Below, piece by piece: positions 27,620 to 38,655 of a stretch of 64,000 nt of DNA. Under the pieces are notes generated by a model. That model did no database searches and was not told where the DNA came from. It saw only the letters and a program-made list of their open reading frames with translations. The stretch comes from Isurus oxyrinchus (taxonomy: Eukaryota): the NCBI GenBank assembly GCA_026770705.1, contig JANJGN010000039.1, positions 3,224,001 through 3,288,000 of the forward strand. The letters are read 5' to 3'. Numbering within the stretch: position 1 is the first letter of the stretch; each line of letters begins with the position of its first letter. The position numbers and the translations under genes are program-made.

Positions 27620-27820
27620 TGCTGCAAATGTTGTTCAACATCCTTTCACTTTGTGTAAGGACTATTTTGAAATGCTGTCATTTTTTTGATTGTATAGAAG
27701 TACCTCTGAGTGCAACATAATCTAAGAGGAAAATCTGAATATCATTGCACGACCTGAAATGGTCTGTAACCTTCTGTCAAATATTTTATGAATAAAGATT
27801 AATTCTGCAAATAAAGAAGT
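27620..27820 (+). mobile_element. Possible Tx1/L1-type LINE 3' UTR fragment
   Basis: Ends in ctgtaaccttctgtcaaatattttatgaataaa, which resembles shark Tx1-like tails as I recall them. Not verified. Confidence 0.35.
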
Positions 27821-28195
27821 GCCTGTGCATGTCTCTCCGAGATTCACTGCATTTATTCATGATTTAAGATGATATGATAGAATACTTGCAGAAATAACAC
27901 AAAGCAACTGGCAATGGACGCCCAATGAGAGTTGAGGATCATTACACTTGAGAACAAGACAGATTTACTCGAATGATACCAGGAAGGGGTAAATTACAAA
28001 GTGTGATTACACAAAATCGGCCCGTGTTCCCAGGAATTTAGAGGTATCAGGAGTGATTTCATGCATCACATCAGCACGCTTGGAACAGATCAGTTTGGAA
28101 CTGTGATCCACAAATGAAGATTGATGCTCAGGCAAATATTAATTTTTAAATGTAAAAGTGAACTAAATGCATTCTGTCACTCTGCCCCCTGGTCT

Positions 28196-28196
28196 G

Positions 28197-28264
<68 letters not shown>

Positions 28265-28287
28265 GTGTGTGTGTTTGTGTGTGTGTG
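28196..28287. repeat. (TG)n microsatellite
   Basis: Direct inspection. Confidence 0.97.
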
Positions 28288-28389
28288 CTTCTCTCCCCTC
28301 TCTCTAAATCTCTATAAATCTCCACATACATGAATCAGACATTTTGTGTTTGTTCACCGTGGCCATTTTCTTCCCAAAGTCCTGAAAAT

Positions 28390-28486
28390 TCACAGCAAAC
28401 CTGGGAGAATCGACCAGAGGGTAAATTGGCAAAGCGGTGTGTGCCATTCTGACATTGTCCTTTAGAAAGTCCATTGGTAAAGCTGT

Positions 28487-28532
<46 letters not shown>

Positions 28533-28775
28533 ATGTGTGTGTGTGATTCTGAGAGGGTCCAGCAGAGGGGAAATTGGTAAAGGTGTGTGTGTGTATGAAT
28601 CTGAGAGGGGACAGCAAAAGGTAGATTGGTAAATGTGTGTGTGTGATTGTGAGAGGGTCGGTCAGAGGGTAGATAGGTAAATGTGTGAGAATGATTGTGA
28701 GAGTGTCCAGCAGAGGGTAGATAGGTAAAGTAGTGTCTGTGATTCTGACATTACCCAGGAGAGGGTAGATTGAAG
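28390..28775. repeat. About 48-bp minisatellite with an embedded (TG)n
   Basis: Units resembling attgtgagagggtccagcagagggtagataggtaaatgtgtg at about 28546, 28598, 28646, 28694 and 28742. Confidence 0.8.
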
Positions 28776-28789
28776 ATATATCAGACATT

Positions 28790-29295
28790 TGTCCAGCCTC
28801 GGCAGTAATATCGTGCCCAGTTCATGACGTGGCACTTTGGAAAGGGTTTGAAAGAACTTGTTGGCATGTAGAGCAGATTCATGATAAAGGTTCCATGGAT
28901 GACCGACATCAATTCCTCATTCTTTCCAGTAATCCAAGATGGAATAGAGATGTTTGGGCAGTATTTTTTCCATTGGAGAAATGAATGTTCAGATGAAATT
29001 TGGTGGAGGTACTGAAGTAATTAGGAGCCAGGACACAGCAGACACTGAAAATCTGTTCTCATTTATGTAATGATCGGGAGGAAGAGGTCACAGCGTTCTC
29101 TTCAATTGGAAATGAATCAAGCCTTGCATGAGGCTGTTTTTACGCACCAATTCTTTAAGCTATGGAATGCACTGAACGATAACTGTTCAGGGTTTGGGGG
29201 AGCAGGTAGGGAATTGATACCATATAAATTACTCATTCGGAGAGCCAGGTCAGACTCAATGGCCCGACCGGCCCCATTCTGCACTGTAACAATGC
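28790..29295 (+). mobile_element. Decayed CR1 3' fragment
   Basis: CR1 C-terminal and tail motifs (tatggaatgcactg; gactcaatggcccgaccggccccattctgcactgtaac). Confidence 0.6.
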
Positions 29296-29307
29296 CGCAT
29301 GTGTGTT

Positions 29308-29697
29308 ATAAGCTGGTTTAAGCTGGTTGGTGGGGGCGGGTGGGGGGGTGGGGGTGGGGGGGGGTGGTGCTGGTGGGGGTGGAGAAGTGGAGGCGGGTCG
29401 TGTGGTTGTAGGGACAAGCAAGCAGTGAATGCAGGCGAATTATCTGCTCCTATCACTGCTTCCTTGTCCCTACAACCACACCACCGCCCTCCACTTCTCT
29501 CCCCTCACCCAAAACACCCCCCCACCTTATACCAGCTTATATTTCACCGCTCACCTTGGATTCACCCAGTTCTGTTGAAGGATCATGAAGACTCGAAACG
29601 TCAACTCTTTTCTTCTCCACCGATGCTGCCAGACCTGCTGCGCTTTTCCAGGTAATTCTATTTTTGTTTTGGATTTCCAGCATCTGCATTTTTTTAT
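29308..29697 (+). mobile_element. Penelope-like element 3' end with an inverted duplication and a hammerhead-like motif
   Basis: Inverted arms at 29308-29435 and 29445-29540. Core CTGTTGA (29572) ... CGAAAC (29594). Imperfect 13-bp TSD ccgcatgtgtgtt / ccacatgtgtatt at 29295-29307 and 29698-29710. Confidence 0.75.
29567..29607 (+). ncRNA. Minimal type I hammerhead-ribozyme-like motif (variant core, possibly inactive)
   Basis: Reads agtt-tCTGTTGA-a-ggatc atgaa gactc-GAAAC-GTC-aact. Stem I is agtt/aact, stem II is imperfect, and the core has U where CUGANGA has A. Confidence 0.5.
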
Positions 29698-30162
29698 CCA
29701 CATGTGTATTCCTCCTTCTCTTGCCTGGGACCGAATTCTTTCCACCTATGAGTTCCTCCGCCCATTTGGCGCTGTAGTTGGCAGCAGTGTCATAATAATC
29801 AATACGGCTCTCCTTTAAGGATCGTTGTCCCTCCTCTTGCTATTCACAAGCTGCATAACGTCATGACACAGGATTGGAAGTGATGCTCTGGCAATTGAAC
29901 ATCGTGCCCCCATCGCCATTGTTCAAATAATTACATCTAATCTCAACAATTGACTGAAGGACTGTCAGACACATTGATGGAGGGCAGGGGTTGCTGACCT
30001 GGAGAAAGCGCTGTGCTTTTGGGTGGAATTTGAAGCATGATTCCCATCATTTCAGCACAATCCACGGCTGTCGGGGATCTCTGAATGGATAAGGCAGCTG
30101 TGAGTCGGACAATGCAATGCTTCCATTAAAGATTGTGGATGATGATCGTTCTTTCGTAAATT

Positions 30163-30658
30163 TTGATTAGTTATTTGTGATGTCAGTCACATCTCTGTTG
30201 CTCTGATTGGACAATACAGGGGTTCCTGAATAACAGAGGCCACTGGATTTTCTGTGCGGAACACTCTGACTGTTGAAGACAGCTGTCAGTCACAAGGTGA
30301 TGCTGCCTGATTGGATAAAATCTCTGTCTTTCACCAGCCAACAGTTGCACATTGACAGAGGCCGCTGTCAATTAACAAGAATGATTATTTGATTGGTAAA
30401 TGCAACTGTTAGCCAGAGCGCTAACTCGCCAATTAGCTGAAATGATATCCGTCACCTGGTTGGTTTTCCTGCTTTGATGTGGTGTTGTCATTCATTGGTT
30501 GAGATCATATATTGTCAGCTCTGGGTGAACTGTTGAATTGCCTGATTTGTCGATGCAACAACCTGTCGCCAAGTAGACAAGTAGACTTCACTGATTGGGT
30601 TAGGCGGCAGTGAATCAACGGAAGGTGATTCCTGATTGGCAAGTGCAGCTGTCATTCA
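30163..30658 (-). promoter_or_regulatory. Degenerate 41-bp array of CCAAT plus TGANTGACAG-like composite motifs
   Basis: The plus-strand unit ctgattgg-N9-ctgtcantca recurs at 30266, 30307, 30348 and 30389 (41-bp period) and at 30163 and 30632. Further ATTGG motifs occur in elements starting at 30203, 30494 and 30591. Confidence 0.45.
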
Positions 30659-30835
30659 TGGAATTCGGCTCTCTGAGTGAGACTGCATTTAGTTCAGGTA
30701 GAATTATAGAGGGCTTTCCCAGCCCTCATCTTTTAGCCAATGCCTCGCTGCTGTTTGTCGTTTATGAATTGGGAGTTTACGGAAAAATCTTCCATTACTG
30801 GTGCGGAGACATTGGGAGCTGCCTCTGGATTTTTC

Positions 30836-31740
30836 TCAGTTCCTCTGTGCATTCATTAATTGAATAATTGATGTTACCGGATATTTCACAGCACGCTTGA
30901 TCTGATCTCTGAATTTCGACTGAGTCACCGCGTAAATGAATGTGTTTGTGCAGCAATTTAAATTGCGCAGCATCCATCCAACATACATAAAAACCAACTC
31001 AGGTTGGGTGACATAAACAAGTCTTCTAATTTTAGAATAAAAGAAGTATATAACATTCAGCAACCACAGGAATATGAAGCTGCCAGATAAGGTGAAGAGT
31101 AAAATCATAGATTTCCTTCTGCTCTCCATCTCTGGGTCACTGCGACCCTCTCCCTTACGCTGACCCCTCAGTGCCTTACGGACTCGACTGGTCATCAAAA
31201 TCCGTCCGACAGTCAGAGCGTTGAGCAACAGAATTAATGTGAACGGGAGCAATGGGATTAAAATGTTATCAAGCCAGGTATATGCCAGCCATCCGTTTTC
31301 AGTTACAGTGTTTACCTTTGTTATGCATAATAAAGGCACATTGTTGATTATCATATAAGGTTCAAATGTAAAGTACCAGGGGATGTTTTTAAAACAGATC
31401 AGAATGCAGCTTGTTGTTAGAATGACAGTCGCAGTTTTCCCGGTGCAATATTTTGTTTTCAACTTCTGGCAACAGATGGTCACAAATCGATCAAAGGAGA
31501 AAGCGACGGTGAACCAGACAGAACAGTCCCTGGCCGCAGCCATCAGGACAGACTGAACACTGCACACAGGGGTGACGTTCATGTAGCTTATTGGAAAATA
31601 ATAAAATTTGATCTGGTTCAGTATGACGTCAGTGATAATGAGCAGAAGATCCGCCGTTCCCATGGCCACCAGGTATCGAGTGGTGCAGGTAGCGAGGCCA
31701 CACTTTCCCAGGCACAGGATGACGATCCCCAGTAATGTAA
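30836..31740 (-). CDS. GPR139-like orphan class A GPCR, coding exon 2 (end of TM1 to stop; total protein 323 aa)
   Basis: ORF 30836..31669 extends upstream without stops (TLLGIVILCLGKCGLATCTTRYLVAMG) to the acceptor tttctccttccctctcttgcag at 31742-31741. The protein has a 7TM pattern: ADLL (TM2), PVC and SFDRFVTICC (TM3), LLLNALTV (TM5), DPEMESRRKS (ICL3), SGSFIFLW (TM6) and CCTNTFIYAVTQ (TM7). These motifs are typical of the shark genes annotated 'probable GPCR 139'. Stop TGA at 30838-30836. Confidence 0.95.
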
Positions 31741-31859
31741 CTGCAAGAGAGGGAAGGAGAAACTTTTGAAAATTACTGATGGAATGTTCCCTGTGGCTCA
31801 GCCAGACGGTGAAGAATTGTTTTCAGCAGCAACACTGCGTGTGGTGGAGAGGGTGATGA

Positions 31860-33230
31860 CTGATAGTTGTAAAGTGTAAAATTACCGGATGTGAAGCAGC
31901 CAATGTAACCCCAATATTTAAGACTGGAGGCAAAAATGAACCTGACAACAAGCGGATTAATAGTTTGAATTCAGTAGTTGGGAAATTGTTCGAATCAATT
32001 TTAAAGTGTTTGATTACAGGTTGCGTAGGAAATTATGTGATTTGGCAGGGTAAAACTCACCAAATGAAAGCAAAATCACATCTGACAAATCTTTTGAAGC
32101 TTATTAAGGATTTTATTTGTAGCTAAGATAGGGAGAACCAATGGATTTGGTGCATTTATATTTTAAGTTGGTTTCCATAAGGCCCTACAAAGGACGCTTC
32201 TAAACAAATTTAGAGTGCATTTGATTGGGGTAATATACAGGTGTGGGCATGGAATTGGTTAAGGTACAGAGTACGAATCAATGGGCCATTTTTAGGATGG
32301 CAGCCAATTTATAATTACATGTAGTACTGTGAAGAGGTTGCAAGTGCGATTCAAGGGGACATGGATAGCCTATGTGTAAAGGGAAAACTTTGCAGGCGGA
32401 ATATAAAGTGAGTTAATGACGTTTTCTAGTTTGATTAAAAAAGCAGAAATGTAGAGCGTGCATTGCATATTGATAAAGTGTTAACTGTGGATCTCTAAAT
32501 GGATCTGGGTGTCTTTGTTCATGAGTCGCTAGGTGGTTCATGCAGCAGCAGTTAGGACTGCAAAAAGTTTGTATCCATTCATAGAAAGAAGATGTCAGCA
32601 CTGGAATAAAAATAACTGGCTTCAATGGAATAGAGGTATGGCGAAGCAACTTCTCGATTATTGTGCACTGTTTTGGCCTTCTGATCTAAAGAAGGATGTA
32701 CTTCCGGTTGAAGGAGTGAAACGGGAAGGGTGGGGTGTGTGGGGGGCTGAGTTACTAGAAAAATGCCTAGCAAGTTGTGATTGGGTTTTGAAGGGAAATT
32801 GAGGAAACTGGGCCTTCATTTTCTAAAGTATCAAAAAAGGAGAGGTGGCCTCATACATAAAAAAATATATACATTGTGCGGCAGGGTGGATGTTGATAGG
32901 ACTTTTCCCCGATCCTGTAATTCTGGGCGCAGGAGCACAGTTCCGAAATCAGGGCCGTGCTATTTAAGGTTGACATGAGGAGGCACTTTTCCCACAGCGC
33001 AGGTGGATCTCAGGAGTTCTCTAACTTGCTTGGCTGTGGAAGCTCAATCCTTGAACATCTTCAATGCAGGAATTAGTAGATTGCTGCATCCCAATGTCAT
33101 CAAGCCTGGGCGATTCTGGTGGAAATAGCGTTTAGCTTTAAATGATCAATCGTGACCAATTTGAATGGCAGGGCAGACTCTTGGGGTCGAATGCTCATCT
33201 CCTCCTCCAATTTCATATGTTCCTAACAAT
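31860..33230 (+). mobile_element. Decayed CR1 LINE ORF2 fragment inside the intron
   Basis: Relics of RT and C-terminal motifs (gccaatgtaaccccaatatttaag; YCALFW; KRRGGLI). Confidence 0.7.
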
Positions 33231-33499
33231 CTTAAGCACTTCCCCAGCCCGCCTCCAATCCGCCCAATTCCATATTGTCCGCCGTCTGGGGATTGTTCGG
33301 GCAGGCAAAAACTTCCAGGAACCGGAGCTGCAATTTAAAAACTGTTAGTGACGCCGGAAGCTTCCGATTTATTGCGTTTTACACTTTTAATCTTGACTGG
33401 TTGTGTTTCCACCATGGAACCCACACCCCACACAAAGACACCGGGAATTGGTAATTCGAACTATACACCTTCCTACCAAACAACATACACTCTCTGGGT

Positions 33500-34720
33500 C
33501 AGCTCCCTGATTGTCGGGTCCCTGGGGATCAGCAGCCCCATCAGGTCAAGCCAAACAGGCAATCAGTAGCCCTCATATTTGGGCTCCCCCAGTGTCAGCC
33601 TCACACTCAGGATCAGACTCCGCTCAGGATCAGAACGCCCTCAGGATTAGATAATTTTCAGGCATAGGCCCCTTTCCAATATAAGGGCTACCTCAGCAGC
33701 AGACCGTCTTTTTTTCCCCAGAGCAGCCGTTCCTCCATGATTCCTGTATCAGTAGTATTTAATATCAGACTCCACGAAGATCAGTTAACTCTCAGGTTTG
33801 ACCACCCTCATTACCAGACCGCCAAAGGTTGTAAGCCAGCTACTGCATCAGGCACCTCTCAATATCAAACGCAGGTCAGAAGCTAACCCAGAGCAGAATC
33901 CAGCCCCATCAGGATCAGGCGCCACTCCATGAATTCAGTGCTCGCCCAGAATCAGATATACGTCAGGATGAAACGTCTGTTTTGTTCAGACTCCCCGCAT
34001 GATCCAAAACCCTCAGGATGTGAACTGACTTCTGGATCAGGCCCCTTTCAATATCAAGCGTACCTCAGGCAGCGGCATCCAACAGAATCGAACCCCTAGT
34101 CCATCCACCCTTCCACAGTATCAGACGCCTAAACAGGATAATGCACTCCTTCCCCGGGTTCAGAAAAACCTCAGGTTGAGTCGTACATTTAGGATGTACT
34201 CACGCCAGGATCAAACTTCCTTCAGTTCCGATACTCTCCCCAATTCATACATCCCTCGACATCAGAGCCGGCTCCCTGCAGCTGACAGCCCTTGGGATAT
34301 CATACCATCTTCATGATCAGGCTATTCCACGAGATCGGACCCTATCGATGGCTCCTGAACTCCATCAGTAGTCGAACCTCCTTAGGGTTGTAGCAGTCGC
34401 AGGATTAGACCACATCCACATGGTAAGGCATCATTTCCACTGCAACGGATCATGCTCAGGATCCAAATTCCTCACTGGGACAGAAACCCCTCCGTGTTTG
34501 ACCCTCCACAGGATCTGGCACCATCTCAATCAACAGCCGCCACCACCCCCCACACCCCTCCGTCATAATTAGAGTCTGACTCAGATCAGGTCTGTACCCC
34601 GTGGTCAGACTCATCTCGGGATCAGACAACATCAACATTACAACCTCCTGTGGATCAGACCACATACAGGTTCAAACACCACCACAGGTACATATGCCCC
34701 TCAGACACAGAGCACTCACC
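33500..34720. repeat. Highly degenerate minisatellite with a cctcaggatcagac core
   Basis: Many tcagga/atcaga variants at roughly 18-20-bp spacing. Confidence 0.6.
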
Positions 34721-35619
34721 AGTTTGAACATCTGTGTATAGATCAAGGCACTGTGTGGGGAGTACTTCTACGTCCCACACCTCGAATAGCGCCTTGAGGT
34801 CGCAATTATGCTCCAGTGATCAGGACCCCAATAGTTTTTTGATCAGGTATTTTCCCGGCCCCGTCTCAGAACTTGGACCACACTCTATTCTCCGAAAACT
34901 CTCCTTCCGGTTTTGTGAACGAAGCACTCCCTTTCAGAGGAGGTGTAACGGGTTACAGCACAATAACAGAGCAGGAAGGTTGATGGAAGCACGAAAAAGG
35001 TCAGAAGGCATTAGATGAAAAAATATATAAAATACAGGGAGAGCCCAAGTGTTTGAAACTGCCTTCCACCTGTCTACAGATTAGTTACCTCTAACTGCAA
35101 AATCAGACCCTTACCCTCAAATCTCTCTGACTCTGGTTTGTATTCATCCAATAGGAGCACGGGACATACCAGAAAATGGGAAAGGTGCTTATAATGGAAG
35201 CTCTTAATGCCAGCATTGAGTGCGATAGTAATTGAAATGTTTAAACTGTGGAATGAAATTGGGCTCAGGCTCACACGCAGTCGGATCATAGGAGATCAGC
35301 AACGTGACCACTGAATCAGCGTTCGGTCCTTTAACAATGTAGACAAACCTCCATCGTGAGCAACGAATACAGTTAATGAACGGGAAAAAGTTCAATTAAA
35401 TCATTGTTCCAATTGAGTGACTGTTTGTGAATTTGGAAAGTGGGACGTGGGGGGGTGGGGGGGGGAGGTTGAGGGTCAAAGAGCACGTATTTCCTGTACC
35501 ACACTTGAACAGGAAGATGAAGAGGAGCACATTTTGATTGAGATATTCAAACGTGACGAAACTTCAAGTCTTCATGTATTAGTAATTAATAGGTTCTGGT
35601 GCTGTTTTAACCTCACAGA

Positions 35620-38600
35620 ATTACAGAATGACAGCCCATCGAATCTGCACGACCACATGGGAAACATGGTAATCTTTAAAGGACGTGGGGCAATCCGCCT
35701 CCTCCACACTCCCTGGAAGGGCAATCTTGACGATCAGCACTTTCTGAGTAAATTTCATTTCCTTCACGTTCCCCCTAAAACTCCTGCCCCTCACCTTGAA
35801 CTAATGTCCCCTTGCGATAGACCCGTGAACGAAGGGGAACAGCTCGTCGTTATCAACCATTTCCATGCCCCGTTTAAACTTGTACACCACGATCAGGTCA
35901 CCCCTTATTCTTCTCTGCTCCAAGGAAAACTGCACAAACCTAGTCAACCTCTCGTCATAATTTAAATGTTTCATCCCAGGCAAAATCTTGGTGAAACTCC
36001 TCTGCACCCCCTCCAGTGCAACCACATCCTTCCTACTTTGTTGTGACCAGAAATGCAAACGGTGATTCAGCTGTGGCCTCTCCAGGTTTCTATGAAAATT
36101 CAGCATGACCACACTATTTTTGCAATCTATGCCTCGATTGATAAAGGCAAGTGTCTCATATGCCTTTTTCACCAGCACACGAACATGCCCCTCTGCCCTG
36201 AGAGATCTACGGACACAGAGGCCAAGGGAACGTTCTTGCACAGAACTTCTGATTGTCATTCAATTCATTGAATACTTCCTTCTCAAATTAATCCTTTCAA
36301 ACTTTACCACCTCGCACATTTCAGGTTTCAAATGCAACTGCCAATTGTCTGTCCATTTGGCAATCCTGTCCATATCTTCCTGTAGCACAAGGCACTCAAT
36401 CTCACTCTTAACCTCCCGAACAATCTCTGTGTCATCTGGAAACTGAATAATCCTACCGCCCACTTACACATTGATGCTGTTAATATAAACGACAAATAAT
36501 AGGAAGCCGAGCCCAGTTCCCTTTGTTGTGCCACTGGACACTTGTTTCCAGTCACAAAAGCATCCTTCTGTCATCACCCTCTCTCTCCTACAAATCAGCA
36601 AATTTTGAATTTGCCTTATCAAATTACCCTACTTCACATGGGCATTTCCCGTGTTTATAATTCTACCATGTGGGAACTTGCCAAAGCTTTCCTGAAATCC
36701 ATATAATCTACAAAATTGCACAAACGGCATCTAAGCAACTGGTTTCCCAATCAAAACATTCAATCAAATTTGTCAGGCATGACCTCCCTCTGATCCAGCC
36801 ATGCTGATTATTCGTGATCAAACCTTACCTCTCCAAGCTGACATTGATTCTGTCATCCAGAATTTTCTCAATAGTTTCCCGACCACTAAGGTGAGATTCA
36901 CAGGCGTGGATATCCTTAGCTTACCTCTACCACCCCTGTTAAATGCGGAAACACAATAGCTGTTCTGTGGCCAGAGAGGAAGTAAGAATTTAGTTCCAAT
37001 CCCTTGTGGCCTCCTCCCTTGCCTCCCTCAGCAGTCTGGGACAAAATCATCTAGAACTGGAGATTTCTCTGCGTTTAAACCTGCCAACATGTACAATAAC
37101 TTGTCACTCACTAGAGCAATTTTCTCAAGAACATCGCAGACTCTTTTCCTGAGTCCGATACATGCATCCTCATTCTCTTGGGTGAAGATGGATGTGAAGA
37201 ATTCAGTCAATGCACTAGCGAAGACCTCTGGCTCCACCCACAGATTTCCACCTTGCTCACTTATGGGCCCTAATCTTCCCCTAGATCTCCTCTTAGCCAT
37301 TGGTACAGTTACAGAAGATTTGGGATTTTCCCTACTTTTACCCAGTAGAGCTATCTCATATCCGATCTATGTGGTTCTAATTACTTTATTAAGCGCCTGC
37401 ACGTACCGTTTGTACACCCTAATACCTCTCAGCTTTGCTTCCCTTGTACGTGCTAAAAGCCTCTCTTTTCCTTCTCATCGTAACCTGAATAGCTCTGGAC
37501 ATCCATGTCTCTCTGGACTTGTTTGTCATTCCTATCACCCTAGAGGGAACATGTTGAGCCTGTATCCTTCTCATTTACTTTTTGAATGCCCCCGTCTGTT
37601 CCACTGTATATTTACCAACAAATGACTGTTCCCAGTCTATCTTGGACTGATCCTGCTTTACTTCACTAAAATCTGCTATCCCCCAATGCAAAGCATTTCT
37701 TTATTTTGCAGCTTGACTATTTCTTTGTCAATAACAACATTGAAACGTAGCATAGTATGATTGCTTTCACTAAAAATATCCACCAACACGACCTCAGACA
37801 GCTGTCCAACTTCATTCCAAAGAAGTAGGTCCAGCACATTGTTGTCCCTTATTGGACCTTCTACATCCTGACATAAAAAGTTATCGTGTATTCCTTTCAA
37901 GAAACTCACTCCATCAAAGCCCTTAACAGAATGTCTATCCCAATTACTGTTGGGACATTTGAATGCACCCAACATAATTACACCATTCTTATTGGTTTTA
38001 CAAGCCTCCGCAAATTGTGCATATATTTGCTCCTCACTTTCCCACTAACTATGTGTGGGACAATGATAAACAGCATGTGGCTGCTCCTTTTTTATTCCTA
38101 CGCTCTACCCAGAAAGCTTCATTTGATGCCACCTCCAAAATATCATCGCTCCTTCCTGCTGTAACTGCGTCCTTAATTTATAATACAATGCCTCATCCTA
38201 TTTTACCCCCTACCGTGTCTCACCTGAAGATTCTATATCACGGATTGTTGAGATTTTAGTCATGCCACTACGTGAACCATTTCTCAGTGGTGCCTACATA
38301 ATGACAGTTCCACGTTTCAACCCTCTCCCTTAACTCATACGTTTTTCGTGTAATGCCCCTGGAATTAAAGCAAATGCCACCCAGCCTTGCCTTACTCCCT
38401 TGAGCTTAATGCAGCTCGACTCCCTCTGATTTGATTGCATCACCATAATGTTATGTGACCCTATTCTGCTAACTTTATTTGCCCCTCTGCCCATGGCGAA
38501 TTGATTTGAACTCCTCCCAACAAAACCAGCAAACTCGCCAGCAAGGATCATAGTGCCGCTTTTGTTCAAATGTAGGCCGTCCAGCTTGTCCAGGCCCCAC

Positions 38601-38655
38601 CTTACCTATAAACGGTCGCAGTGATCCAGCAATCTAAAAGCATCCCTCCTGCACT
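35620..38655 (-). mobile_element. CR1 LINE with the ORF1 esterase C-terminus and frameshifted endonuclease and RT, inside the intron
   Basis: 38480-38655 reads CRRDAFRLLDH...DGLHLNKSGTMILAGEFA (ORF1 SGNH-type end). Endonuclease motifs are in ORF 37676..37975 (GPIRDNNVLDLLL, SNH). The RT C-terminus is in ORF 35801..36259 (LEQRRIRGDLIVVYK). Confidence 0.9.

Noticed and set aside
25003-28333. His/Thr-rich and Cys/Val-rich ORFs
   Set aside because: Artefacts of (CA)n/(TG)n low-complexity DNA.
31661-31669. ORF-track start of the GPCR as a single-exon 277-aa gene
   Set aside because: The listed start is GTG and omits TM1. The frame continues to a canonical acceptor and a matching upstream exon.
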